NCBI GenBank assembly: GCA_900545015.1
Contig: UQXJ01000002.1
Coordinates: 20,260 to 84,259 of the forward strand
Direction: 5' to 3'
DNA: 64,000 nucleotides
Origin: an uncultured Mollicutes bacterium
GTDB lineage: Bacteria > Bacillota_I > Bacilli_A > RFN20 > CAG-826
Made by a program: the position numbers and the translations under genes. Numbering within the stretch: the stretch's first letter is position 1; each line of letters starts with the position of its first letter. Below are positions 7,710-18,160 of this stretch, one piece after another. The notes under the pieces were generated by a model. The model did not search any database and was not told the DNA's origin. It saw only the letters and a program-made list of their open reading frames with translations.

Positions 7710-8820
7710 TTTTTATTTTTCCTTTTAATATATAAACTATTAAAAGTGATAATCCAGTTAAAAAGCAAATAAGTGGAACAACAATAACGTGTGAAACGGA
7801 ATGTTTTAATATTGAACCTAATAAGAATCCAGGAATTAAAAATCCTGCAGCTAGTCCAAAAGCAAATCCTTCTTTATTTGGGAAAATTTTTCTTAAAGCA
7901 TCTAAAGTTAAAGGCATTAACATATTAAAAGAGATAACAAAGATATAATCTAAATAACTAATTGATAAGAAAAACGATAAAACAGTAGATAAAATTGTCG
8001 ATATTATAATAAGAAAATAAGGACCAGCTAAATCTAAAATAATTCCGCCAATTGCTTTGCCAACAAAAGCAGCGATTGAAAGTAATAAAAGTGCTTCCCA
8101 ACTTGATAAATCATCACTCATTTTTGCATAAAATCCTAAGAAAGATCTAACAGCAATTGCTACACAAAGTAAAACGACAATTATTATTAAAAAACTAATG
8201 TTTTTATTTTCGTAAGTTTCATAAAATAGTAGTTCAGGCTCTTCTTTACTAAATAAATATAAAAAGCTTAATACTATTGCTAACGTAACGGCACCAAGGA
8301 TTATAAAAATTTGATAAAAAGTAGTTAGCGGTATATTTCCCATCATTGAAGCAATTCCAATTCCTATTGCTCCAGTTGAAACAAAAATTCCTCCTGGGGT
8401 AGCTTTTGTTGATACTAATAATGATTCTTTTCCACCAATTACATGGAATAAAGCATTACTTGAACCTAATAAAATTGTTGAAATGAAAACTGGTGTTAGA
8501 AAACTACTAAATTCAATTGAAAAAACTAATGAAGTAAAGCCTAAGGTTAAAATACCAATTGATAATATCGTTAATGCTTTTAATGTTGATCTTAGTTTTT
8601 CTTGCTTAATTTTATCAACAAGGAAACCAAAAAATGGTTGAAGCAAAAAAGCTGTACAATTATAAACTAAGAAAATGTATTCAAAATATTCAAAATCAAT
8701 TCTATCTGCAGTGTAAGCCATTATTATGCTTCCAGCACTAATAAGATCTACTAAAAGATGAAGTAAACTTACGATAATTAAATTTTTGCTTAATAACTTT
8801 TTCATATTTTCTAAATTCAT
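7690..8820 (-). CDS. polytopic membrane protein (about 10 TM), transporter-like, unknown family
   Basis: 376-aa ORF, hydrophobic throughout (HLLVDLISAGS..., LVYNCTAFLLQPFFGFLVDKI). I could not assign a family motif. Confidence 0.55.
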   Translation of the reverse strand: MNLENMKKLLSKNLIIVSLLHLLVDLISAGSIIMAYTADRIDFEYFEYIFLVYNCTAFLLQPFFGFLVDKIKQEKLRSTLKALTILSIGILTLGFTSLVFSIEFSSFLTPVFISTILLGSSNALFHVIGGKESLLVSTKATPGGIFVSTGAIGIGIASMMGNIPLTTFYQIFIILGAVTLAIVLSFLYLFSKEEPELLFYETYENKNISFLIIIVVLLCVAIAVRSFLGFYAKMSDDLSSWEALLLLSIAAFVGKAIGGIILDLAGPYFLIIISTILSTVLSFFLSISYLDYIFVISFNMLMPLTLDALRKIFPNKEGFAFGLAAGFLIPGFLLGSILKHSVSHVIVVPLICFLTGLSLLIVYILKGKIKNDTRNN

Positions 8821-8919
8821 TTTAACAAATAAGCATAATTCATAAAGAAAATAATGATTTTTATAGAAAAAAAGGCAAAAAAATAAGATGGATTAACCAT
8901 CTCGTATTTTTAAATTTAT

Positions 8920-8996
8920 TGGTGACCCTGAGGCGACTCGAACGCCTGACCCACAGCTTAGAAGGCTGTTGCTCTATCCAACTGAGCTACAGGGCC
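8920..8996 (-). tRNA. tRNA-Arg (anticodon UCU), CCA encoded
   Basis: The minus strand reads GGCCCTGTAGCTCAGTTGGATAGAGCAACAGCCTTCTAAGCTGTGGGTCAGGCGTTCGAGTCGCCTCAGGGTCACCA. The cloverleaf folds, and the anticodon loop CUUCUAA gives UCU. Confidence 0.9.
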
Positions 8997-9127
8997 AACG
9001 TGAGTATTAATATATCACTATTATCGAGGTCTGACAAGATATAAAGTTTAAAAAATAAGAATAATTTTCACCTATAATTCTTAAATATCAATATAAAATT
9101 TGGTAAAATATCCTATTGGAGAAAACT

Positions 9128-10510
9128 ATGGATAAGAATTTAGAAAAATTGTCATTAGCTGATAGAGTTACGGCAATAAAGTTAATGACAAATAACAATA
9201 TTTTATTGATTTATAAAGGTGACAATGGAGATGCGCTTTTTTATTTTGAAACAAAATCAACTTTTAAAAATTATTTACACTTTTATTCTAGAAGTGATAA
9301 AAGGATAACTTATACAACAAGCACATTGCCTTATCCATCGGTTGATATTTTTGAATATTTGATTGAAAACACAAATACGCCTTCATCAAATGTAAAAACG
9401 TTTACAGATTTTAAAGAAAAAATAGATAATAAATTAAATGAATCTGCAAAAAGAGTTAACCCTGAGTGCTTCCTTTTAGCAACTTTTGCTTATAGTTTTT
9501 TATCTTTGAATAATGATGAGAAAGAGAAAGCAATAAATTATTTTTATGATGTAGTAGTTAAAAGAGAAGGCAAGGTAAGAGATAAGCGATTTTTTTCTAT
9601 CATTAGCATGATTGATGAATGCGAATATGCTAAAACTACTTTTATTAAAAAACATGGTGGTGATAATTTTTATGATTTAAGAAGCGATTTTTCTATAAGT
9701 GAGTTTAACAACCTTACAAAAACACAATTCTATTTTGATCTGATGGTAAGAAAATGTTTTGATAATTGTGGGATGCTTCATCAGTATTATTTTGATGAAA
9801 CTGATGAAAGATTTAAAAATCTACCTTTAGATTTGTTTTATAAAGTTGCTACTAATTATCCTAATTATATTAAATTTGAATATATTTATGATAGAAATGA
9901 GTATTTTGAGAATTATGAAAAAAATAAAGAATATATCCCTTTTAAATATCTAAGCCAAGATCCTTACTATAGTTTATTTCTTAAAAAAATTAAGGAAAAA
10001 TTAGGAGAAAATGCAGGATATCATTTTGCTATTGATGTTTTTAATAAAACCCTTTCAGTAAGTAATCTAATTAGACTTTATGAAAATTACGGAGCCGAAG
10101 AAACTGTTAATCAAAAAGTTTTAAGTTTATTAAATACGCCTAATACAAAGACCGTTTATAAGATTCTTACTAATAATAAAGTAACAAAAACAAGTTTAAA
10201 TTCTCTTGATAAAAAAACACTTAATTTGGTGGTTAAATATGCTAAAAATAGTGTAAATAAGGACGTTTTTGCGGACTTTTTGGAATCAAATATAGATAGA
10301 ATTGCAAAAAGAAAAGATGGACACAAAGAAATAGTTGACTATCTTTTACTCCTTTATCAAGTATCTCCAATTGATTATCAAAAATTACTTTTAAGAAGTG
10401 ATATTAAAGGCTATGCAAATAATTCAACACGTATTAGAGAATTTATGCTTAGAGAAATGATAAATAGCAATACGTTAGATAAACTTAAGTTAAAAGAATA
10501 TAAGGAGTAA
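9128..10510 (+). CDS. hypothetical protein (460 aa), translationally coupled partner of the SNF2 helicase
   Basis: GGAG plus the ATG at 9128 (the track start at 9116 is TTG). Its stop lies 2 nt before the SNF2 start. It is soluble and Tyr/Asn/Lys-rich with no motif I recognise. Confidence 0.6.
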   Translation: MDKNLEKLSLADRVTAIKLMTNNNILLIYKGDNGDALFYFETKSTFKNYLHFYSRSDKRITYTTSTLPYPSVDIFEYLIENTNTPSSNVKTFTDFKEKIDNKLNESAKRVNPECFLLATFAYSFLSLNNDEKEKAINYFYDVVVKREGKVRDKRFFSIISMIDECEYAKTTFIKKHGGDNFYDLRSDFSISEFNNLTKTQFYFDLMVRKCFDNCGMLHQYYFDETDERFKNLPLDLFYKVATNYPNYIKFEYIYDRNEYFENYEKNKEYIPFKYLSQDPYYSLFLKKIKEKLGENAGYHFAIDVFNKTLSVSNLIRLYENYGAEETVNQKVLSLLNTPNTKTVYKILTNNKVTKTSLNSLDKKTLNLVVKYAKNSVNKDVFADFLESNIDRIAKRKDGHKEIVDYLLLLYQVSPIDYQKLLLRSDIKGYANNSTRIREFMLREMINSNTLDKLKLKEYKE

Positions 10511-10512
10511 TT

Positions 10513-13500
10513 ATGTTTTTATATCACACTAAAGAACAATTGTTTCCATCAAGTTATATTATTAATGAAACATATAGCGCTTTAAAGAAAAATGAATATA
10601 CTGTAATTTTTTATTTTAATCCTGATAATGAAACTTTAAATTATGAAGCTGTTTTAAAAGATGAATATCTTTATTCAGATCACTTTATTTATTTAAAAAT
10701 CAAGATTGATATTTCTGGAAACATTCTAGAATATAAAGCTCTTAGTAAAAAAGATAAAGAAAGAGATTATAGTGATAAAAATGACAGCTATTATTATGAT
10801 GAGAACGATTTTGATAATTCAAATATTCATCATTTTGCATGTTACGGTTTCTATAAATATTTATATGAAAAAGAAAATTCTTTAAATGATGAACAAAGAA
10901 AGAAGATATATGGCGACGTTTATGAAACGATTTCTAAATTCGATAAATTGAGTAAAAAAGAATTAAAAGAAAGAAAAGAAAATCGAGATAATTTCCTAGC
11001 TCTTATTGATTCAATTGCTGAAACTAAGAAGAGAACTGATTCAAACGATAAATATAAATTAATTCCTACGTTTACCTTTTTTTCAAAAGAAGATGAAGAT
11101 GATCATTATTCCGATAATGAAGCGACTACTCTAAAAGCAATCAACAATGTGTTTTACGTTGATGCAAGTTATAAAATAACTAAAATTGGTGGAAAAAAAG
11201 AATATGTTGTTCGAAATATATTTAATTTATTAGCCTATATTGAAGAAGGAGCTAGAAATAAATACGGATTAGAGTGTGATTTTGTTCACACAATGGATGC
11301 TTTTGATGATAAAACACAAAAATTAATTGAATTACTTAATAAAAATAAAATTTTTGAAAGTGGCTATTATTTTTATAATGATATTAGTCGTTATATTCCT
11401 TATGGAAAAATTTTTGGTGATATTATCGATATTTATGTTGATGATTCAATAATTATTAATGCTTCAAGCAAATCACTTTCATCAGGAAGAGGGATTTATA
11501 ATGTTCTTCTAGGAAATGATCTTTATGTTGCTATTGGCGATAATGGAGAAATTAAATTAAGTGATGATGTTTCACCTATAGGATTTATTTCAAACAATAA
11601 ATATTATGAATTCAAAGATGAAAATATTTTCATTCATAATATTAAAGATGAAACAAACGCTAAGGTTATTAATTTCATTTTAGAACACCCATCTTTTAAT
11701 TTTGATGACGTTAAAGATATATTCTTAAATAAATTTTTCCCACTTGTTCAAAATAATACTGAGGTTAGTGAAACTTATAAGAAAACACACAATATTAAAG
11801 CGCTAGAAATTAAATATTTTGTATATTTTGAAGACAAGAATAATACTTTAAAAGTTGAAACTAAATATCTTTATGACAATGAAGAAATTAGTAAAGAATT
11901 TGCTCTTAAAAATTCTGCTAATGAACAAACTTTATTAGGCTTCGAACTTGCTTTAAAAGATTTAAATTTTGTACCTGATGGAATAATTAGTGATGAAGAT
12001 GATATTTTAAACTTCTTAACTTCTGATTTAACTAATCTCAAGAAATTTGCAAATGTTTTATTAAGTGAAGACCTATTAAACGCAAAGGTAAAGAGAGTTG
12101 GAACATTAAATATTTCAACAAAATACAACATGGATTGGCTTCAAGTAAATGTTGATAGTCCTGAATACACAAAAGAAGAAATAAATTCAATTATTGCTCA
12201 ATATAGAGTTAAAAAGAAATTTATTAAATTAAGAGATAACTTTGTAATTCTTGATAAAGAAGATTTAAGTGGTATTGATGATTTAGATGAAGAATTTGAA
12301 CTTGATGAAAATCTTGAATCAACTAAAGAAATCCCACTTTATGAAATCTTTAAAATCGCATCTTTTGATAAAAACTTCAATGTTTCTTATGATAAAGAAA
12401 TTACAAATATCTTAAATGAAATTAAAGATTTTAAAGATTCAAAATTTGAACCAAATAAAAACTTTAAAAAATTACTCAGAAATTATCAACTTGATGCATT
12501 TAAATGGATGTCTGTTCTTAATGAACATAAACTTTCTGGCATTTTAGCAGATGATATGGGACTTGGAAAAACACTTGAAATGATTTCTTTTATTTCTTCA
12601 ATTAAAGAAGAAAAACCTATTTTAATTATTTCCCCTAAATCACTTGTTTATAACTGGGAAAATGAATTTAAAAAATGGAAGAGTGATGATAAAGTCAAAG
12701 TAATTCATGGCGATAGAGATGTTAGAAGACAAACGATTTTAAATATTAAAAATGATAAAAAAGTTTGCTATGTTACAGCTTATGATTCTTTAAGAAACGA
12801 CGTGGATTTATATAAAGATATTAATTTTAATTTGATAGTCCTTGATGAAGCTCAATATATTAAAAATGCTAGAGCTTTAAAAACTAGAGCTATCAAAGAA
12901 CTTAAGAGTGAATCAAGGTTTGTTTTAACTGGTACTCCAATTGAAAACTCATTAACTGATATGTGGTCAATTTTTGATTTCTTAATGCCTGGATATTTAT
13001 TAAGCCATGATAAATTTAAAACAACATTTGAAAATGCAATTATGAATCAAAAAGATGATCCGCTTGCTGAAAAAAGACTTAAAGCAAGAATTACGCCATT
13101 TATTTTAAGACGTGTTAAAGAAGATGTTTTAAAAGATTTACCACCTAAAGTTACTACAAATTATTTAGTTGAATTAAATACAACTCAAAATGCTCTCTAT
13201 CAATCTTACCTTCAAAATGCTAGAATTTCACAGGCCGAAAATCCTGATAATAAACTTTCTATTTTAAAGGAATTAACTCGATTAAGGCAAATTTGTATTG
13301 ACCCATCAATGTTCCTTGAAAATTATGAGGATGATAGTGAGAAAATGTTAAGTGCTATTAATTTAATAAATGAAGCTATTATTAATGGACACAAAGTATT
13401 ATTATTTTCTTCGTTTACAAAATGCCTAGAGCATTTAAGAAGCTATTTATTAGAGGATTCAATTGAGTCTTATTACATTTGTGGAGACACTCCAGCGAAA

Positions 13501-13848
13501 GAAAGATTAAGGATTTGCGAGGATTTTAATACAAAACCTGATATAAAAGTCTGTTTAATTTCCTTAAAAGCTGGTGGAACTGGACTTAATTTAACTGGCG
13601 CTGATTTTATTATTCATCTTGATCCTTGGTGGAATATTGCTGCTGAAAATCAAGCAAGTGATAGAGCACATAGAATCGGACAAACTCGTCCAGTTACTGT
13701 AATGAAATTAGTTGCAAAAGGAACGATTGAAGAAAAAGTTATTGAACTACAAAACAAAAAGAAAGATTTAATGGATAATTTCATTGGAAATGGAGAAAAA
13801 GGCGCTTCATTTTTATCCAATGATGATATAAAATTTTTACTCTCGTAA
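10513..13848 (+). CDS. SNF2/RAD54-family helicase with long N-terminal SNF2-associated region
   Basis: 1111 aa. Helicase motifs are LADDMGLGKT (I), VLDEAQYIKN (II), LTGTPIEN (III) and QASDRAHRIGQ (VI), all in the C-terminal ~470 aa. Confidence 0.9.
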   Translation: MFLYHTKEQLFPSSYIINETYSALKKNEYTVIFYFNPDNETLNYEAVLKDEYLYSDHFIYLKIKIDISGNILEYKALSKKDKERDYSDKNDSYYYDENDFDNSNIHHFACYGFYKYLYEKENSLNDEQRKKIYGDVYETISKFDKLSKKELKERKENRDNFLALIDSIAETKKRTDSNDKYKLIPTFTFFSKEDEDDHYSDNEATTLKAINNVFYVDASYKITKIGGKKEYVVRNIFNLLAYIEEGARNKYGLECDFVHTMDAFDDKTQKLIELLNKNKIFESGYYFYNDISRYIPYGKIFGDIIDIYVDDSIIINASSKSLSSGRGIYNVLLGNDLYVAIGDNGEIKLSDDVSPIGFISNNKYYEFKDENIFIHNIKDETNAKVINFILEHPSFNFDDVKDIFLNKFFPLVQNNTEVSETYKKTHNIKALEIKYFVYFEDKNNTLKVETKYLYDNEEISKEFALKNSANEQTLLGFELALKDLNFVPDGIISDEDDILNFLTSDLTNLKKFANVLLSEDLLNAKVKRVGTLNISTKYNMDWLQVNVDSPEYTKEEINSIIAQYRVKKKFIKLRDNFVILDKEDLSGIDDLDEEFELDENLESTKEIPLYEIFKIASFDKNFNVSYDKEITNILNEIKDFKDSKFEPNKNFKKLLRNYQLDAFKWMSVLNEHKLSGILADDMGLGKTLEMISFISSIKEEKPILIISPKSLVYNWENEFKKWKSDDKVKVIHGDRDVRRQTILNIKNDKKVCYVTAYDSLRNDVDLYKDINFNLIVLDEAQYIKNARALKTRAIKELKSESRFVLTGTPIENSLTDMWSIFDFLMPGYLLSHDKFKTTFENAIMNQKDDPLAEKRLKARITPFILRRVKEDVLKDLPPKVTTNYLVELNTTQNALYQSYLQNARISQAENPDNKLSILKELTRLRQICIDPSMFLENYEDDSEKMLSAINLINEAIINGHKVLLFSSFTKCLEHLRSYLLEDSIESYYICGDTPAKERLRICEDFNTKPDIKVCLISLKAGGTGLNLTGADFIIHLDPWWNIAAENQASDRAHRIGQTRPVTVMKLVAKGTIEEKVIELQNKKKDLMDNFIGNGEKGASFLSNDDIKFLLS

Positions 13849-13869
13849 AAATATAAAAAGGAGAAACCT

Positions 13870-15513
13870 ATGAACGATTTAACTAGTAAATTAAAAAACG
13901 TTATTAAAGTTGCTTTAAAGGATGCATTTAATCTTGAAGATCAAGATTCAATTATTGCTATTGAAATTCCTAAAGAAAAAACTCATGGAGATTATTCTTC
14001 AAATATTGCGATGAGACTTGCTAGAGTACTACATAAATCACCAAGTGAAATTGCTAGCATTTTAAAAGTTGAATTAGAAAAAAGTTCATTAATTACAAAA
14101 GTTGAAGTTGCTGGACCTGGTTTTATTAACCTTTTTATTAATCAAGATAGCATCACAAAAGTTATAAAAGACATCTTAACTTTAAAAGAAAAATATGGTC
14201 AAACAAACTTTGGAAATAATGAAAAAGTTATGGTTGAATATGTTAGTGCAAACCCTACTGGTGATTTACATTTAGGTCATGCTCGTGGTGCTGCTTATGG
14301 CGATACATTAACTAGAGTTTTATCATTCGTTGGATATGATGTTTTAAGAGAATATTATGTTAACGATGCAGGAAACCAAATCGAAACATTAGGTAATTCT
14401 TTATACGAAAGATATCGCGAAGCTTTAGGCTTATCTTTTGACTTATCTAAAATTGGATATCAAGGAAAAGATGTTATTAAGCTTGCTAAAGATATCGCAA
14501 AGCAAGATGAGAATAAATGGGTCGATGATGACTCGATTGAAAGAAAAGATTATTTCAAAAAAGTTGGTACAAAACTTGAATTAGATAAGATTAAAGTTGA
14601 TTTAGATTTATATAGAGTACACTTTGATCACTACCAAAGTGAATTGGACTTATATAGAAGTGGAAAAGTTGAAAAAACATTAGAAGATTTAAAGAAAACT
14701 CCATACACATACGAAAACGAAGGTGCATTATGGTTAAGAACTACAGACTTTGGAGATGATAAAGATAGAGTTCTTGTCAAAAAAGATGGTTCATTAACAT
14801 ATTTCACGCCTGATATTGCTTATCATACAGATAAATTTAATAGAGGCTACCCACATTTAATTGATATTCTTGGTGCAGACCATCATGGATACATTGCTCG
14901 TATCAAAGCTGGAATTAAAATTATGGGAAATAATCCAGATGACTTAGAAGTTAAGATTATTCAAATCGTTCGTTTAATGGAAAAAGGCGAAGAAGTTAAG
15001 ATGAGTAAAAGAACTGGCAATGCAGTTACAATTAGAGAACTTTGTGAAGATGTCGGAGTTGATGTAGCTCGTTACTTCTTTATCTCAAAACCAATTATCT
15101 CTCACCTTGATTTTGACTTAGATTTAGCAAGAAAGCAATCAAACGAAAATCCTGTTTATTATATCCAATATGCATTTGCCAGAATGAATTCAATTCTTAA
15201 AAAAGATAATAGCTTTGTATTAAAAGATTCATATCCATTATTAACAGATGAAAAAGAAATTAACTTAATCAAACACCTTAATGAATTACCAAATTTATTA
15301 ATAGATGTTGCTAAAGTTAAAGAAGTTAATATCTTAGCAAATTATTCATACAAATTAGCTCAATATTTCCACTCATTCTATAATGACCTTGTTGTTATAG
15401 ACAAAGATAATAGAGAATTAACTGAAGAAAGATTATCTTTAGTAAAAGCTTGTTCAATTGTATTAAAGACTGTATTAAATTTACTTGGAGTAGAAGCTAA
15501 GGAGTCAATGTAA
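13870..15513 (+). CDS. argS: arginine--tRNA ligase
   Basis: 547 aa with class I motifs ANPTGDLHLGHARG (HIGH) and KMSKRTGN (KMSKS). AAAGGAG SD is present. Confidence 0.95.
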   Translation: MNDLTSKLKNVIKVALKDAFNLEDQDSIIAIEIPKEKTHGDYSSNIAMRLARVLHKSPSEIASILKVELEKSSLITKVEVAGPGFINLFINQDSITKVIKDILTLKEKYGQTNFGNNEKVMVEYVSANPTGDLHLGHARGAAYGDTLTRVLSFVGYDVLREYYVNDAGNQIETLGNSLYERYREALGLSFDLSKIGYQGKDVIKLAKDIAKQDENKWVDDDSIERKDYFKKVGTKLELDKIKVDLDLYRVHFDHYQSELDLYRSGKVEKTLEDLKKTPYTYENEGALWLRTTDFGDDKDRVLVKKDGSLTYFTPDIAYHTDKFNRGYPHLIDILGADHHGYIARIKAGIKIMGNNPDDLEVKIIQIVRLMEKGEEVKMSKRTGNAVTIRELCEDVGVDVARYFFISKPIISHLDFDLDLARKQSNENPVYYIQYAFARMNSILKKDNSFVLKDSYPLLTDEKEINLIKHLNELPNLLIDVAKVKEVNILANYSYKLAQYFHSFYNDLVVIDKDNRELTEERLSLVKACSIVLKTVLNLLGVEAKESM

Positions 15514-15514
15514 T

Positions 15515-16813
15515 ATGATAGAGCGTTATAGTGTACCTGAAATAGAAAAAATATTCTCATTAGAAAACAGATATGAAACATTTCTTAAAGTAGAATTAAG
15601 TGTTCTTAAAGGTTATGTTGAACTAGGGATCGTTCCTAAAGAAGACTACATAAAAATAAAAGAAAAAGCACATGTTGATTTGCCTTTAATAAATGAAATC
15701 GAACTTGAAACTAAGCATGATGTAATTGCATTTACTAGATCTATATCTACAATGCTTGGAGAAGAAAAGAAATGGGTGCATTATAACCTCACTTCAACTG
15801 ACGTTGTTGATACTTCTTTAAGTTTAAACATTAAAGAAGCAAATTTTTATATTCTTGAATCGTTAAATAAATTAAAAATTGTTTTAAATAATTTAGCAAA
15901 AAAATATAAATACACACCAATAATCGGAAGAACTCATGGAATACATGGCGAAGTCACATCTTTTGGATTGAAATGGGCTTTATTTTTAGATGAACTCAAT
16001 CGTGATATTGAGCGTTTTATTTTTGAAAGAAAATATGTTGAAGTCGTTAAAATAAGTGGAACAGTTGGCAATTTTGCTAACCTTCCTTATGAACTTGAAG
16101 GACTTGTTGCAACTGATTTAAAACTTAATAGACCTAATATTTCTACTCAAGTTTTAAGTAGAGATAGACTTTTAGGCTATGTTGGATCTTTGACTCAAAT
16201 TAGCTCATTATTTGAAAAAATCGCCACAGAAATCAGACATTTATCAAGAACTGAAGTCAATGAAGTCAATGAATATTTTTCAAAAAATCAAAAGGGAAGT
16301 AGTGCAATGCCACATAAAAGAAACCCAATTGGATGTGAAAATATCTGTGGCTTAAGTCGTATTGTGAAAGCAAGTTATGAAATTGCTTTAGATAATAATA
16401 TTTTATGGCATGAAAGAGATATTTCACATTCATCAAATGAAAGAATTTATTTACCAGATGATATAAGTTTAATTATTTATACAGCAAATAGATTAAATAG
16501 AATTTTATCAAATCTAGTTGTTCATGAAGATAATATGATTAAAAACATTAATTCTACTTATGGAGTTATTTTTTCAGGCAGAGTTTTAAATCACATTATT
16601 GAAAACAAAGAAGTAACACGTGAAGAAGTTTATGATGCAATTCAAAAGCTTGCTTTTAAAGCATTAGAAACTCATGTAAATTTAAAGGATCTATTAAAAG
16701 AAGATTCATATTTTTCTAGTTTATTAACAGAAAAAGAATTAAATGACTTATTCTCATACGATTACGTATTTAAAAATATTGATAACATTTATAAAAAAGT
16801 GGAGGTTAATTAA
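15515..16813 (+). CDS. purB: adenylosuccinate lyase
   Basis: 432 aa with fumarate-lyase signature GSSAMPHKRNP. Confidence 0.92.
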   Translation: MIERYSVPEIEKIFSLENRYETFLKVELSVLKGYVELGIVPKEDYIKIKEKAHVDLPLINEIELETKHDVIAFTRSISTMLGEEKKWVHYNLTSTDVVDTSLSLNIKEANFYILESLNKLKIVLNNLAKKYKYTPIIGRTHGIHGEVTSFGLKWALFLDELNRDIERFIFERKYVEVVKISGTVGNFANLPYELEGLVATDLKLNRPNISTQVLSRDRLLGYVGSLTQISSLFEKIATEIRHLSRTEVNEVNEYFSKNQKGSSAMPHKRNPIGCENICGLSRIVKASYEIALDNNILWHERDISHSSNERIYLPDDISLIIYTANRLNRILSNLVVHEDNMIKNINSTYGVIFSGRVLNHIIENKEVTREEVYDAIQKLAFKALETHVNLKDLLKEDSYFSSLLTEKELNDLFSYDYVFKNIDNIYKKVEVN

Positions 16814-18091
16814 ATGAAATCAATCGTAGTACTCGGCTCTCAATGGGGAGATGAGGGTAAAGGCAAGATTACCAATCTTTATTCTCAAAAAGCTGACATT
16901 GTTGTTAGATATCAAGGAGGCAACAACGCTGGACATACGGTAAAATTTAATGGAATGGAGTTTCATCTTCAAACTATCCCAAGTGGAATTTTTAATAAAA
17001 ATACATTAAATATCATGGGAAATGGTATGGTTGTTAACCCATTAGCAGTTTATGATGAAATGCAAACCTTAATTAAGGCTGGATTTGATTGTTCTAATTT
17101 AGTTATTTCTTCAAGAGCAAGCATTGATTTAAATTATCACCTTGAACTTGATGGACTTAAGGAAGCTTTCTTAAAAGATAAAAAAATCGGAACAACTAAA
17201 AAAGGAATTGGGCCATGTTATACAGATAAAATTAGTAGAGATGGTTTAAAAATGTGCGACTTTATCGATGAAGATTTCCCAAAAATTTATAAAGAACATC
17301 TTTTAGAAAAGAATGAAGAAATAAAAAGATATGGTGGAACTCCAATTGATTATGAAACATCAATTAAAAAATATCTTGAAGTCATTAAGTTCTTAAAACC
17401 ATACGTTAAAGAAACGATTTCAATCCTTGAAAAGGCAAAAGAAGAAAATAAAAAGATATTATTTGAAGGCGCTCAAGGAACTATGCTCGATGTTGATTTT
17501 GGTACATATCCATATGTTACAAGTTCGAACTCAACAAGTGGTGGAGCAATAACTGGTTCTGGAATTGGACTTGGGTATATTGAAGGCGTAGTTGCTATTA
17601 TAAAAAGCTATACAACTAGAGTTGGAGAAGGACCATTTGTTACTGAATTATTAGATGAAAAAGGAAGTTTGATTAGAGAAAAAGCTCATGAATATGGCGT
17701 TGTAACGCATAGACCAAGAAGAATTGGATGGCTTGATCTTGTTCAACTTAAATATTCTAGAAATGTTAATGGTTTCAAATATGGTGCATTAATGTTATTT
17801 GATATTTTATCAAATCTTGGCGATATTAATGTTTGTGTTGCTTATGAACTTGATGGAAAAGTTATTGATTATGTTCCAGCTTCATTAAAAGAAACATATA
17901 GATGTAAACCAATTTATAAAACATTCAAAGGTTGGACTGAAGATATTTCAAAGGCAAAAACATATGAAGAATTACCTGAAGCAGCTAAAAATTACATTGA
18001 ATTTATTGAAGACTTCTTAAAAATAAAAATTGTAATTATCTCAGTTGGTCCAGATCAAAAAGATACTATTATTAGAGAAGAAATTTTCTAA
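16814..18091 (+). CDS. purA: adenylosuccinate synthetase
   Basis: 425 aa with motifs GSQWGDEGKGK, GGNNAGHT and GTTKKGIGP. Confidence 0.95.
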   Translation: MKSIVVLGSQWGDEGKGKITNLYSQKADIVVRYQGGNNAGHTVKFNGMEFHLQTIPSGIFNKNTLNIMGNGMVVNPLAVYDEMQTLIKAGFDCSNLVISSRASIDLNYHLELDGLKEAFLKDKKIGTTKKGIGPCYTDKISRDGLKMCDFIDEDFPKIYKEHLLEKNEEIKRYGGTPIDYETSIKKYLEVIKFLKPYVKETISILEKAKEENKKILFEGAQGTMLDVDFGTYPYVTSSNSTSGGAITGSGIGLGYIEGVVAIIKSYTTRVGEGPFVTELLDEKGSLIREKAHEYGVVTHRPRRIGWLDLVQLKYSRNVNGFKYGALMLFDILSNLGDINVCVAYELDGKVIDYVPASLKETYRCKPIYKTFKGWTEDISKAKTYEELPEAAKNYIEFIEDFLKIKIVIISVGPDQKDTIIREEIF

Positions 18092-18131
18092 ATAGTGGAC
18101 TTTTGCAGGGTTTTTCATTAAATATACAAAT

Positions 18132-18160
18132 AAAACGAGGATTAATCTCCCCGTTTTTTA
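18132..18160 (+). terminator. probable rho-independent terminator after purA
   Basis: AAAACGAGG-ATTAATCT-CCCCGTTTTTTA. The stem has one A/C mismatch and is followed by a T-run. Confidence 0.5.

Noticed and set aside
13849-13869. Looked for T-box, purine or other riboswitch leaders ahead of argS, purB and potA
   Set aside because: The argS and purB gaps are only 21 and 1 nt. The potA spacer is long but lacks the GC-rich helices or conserved cores (T-box AGGGUGGNACCGCG-like, purine U/C-rich junction) expected for those RNAs.
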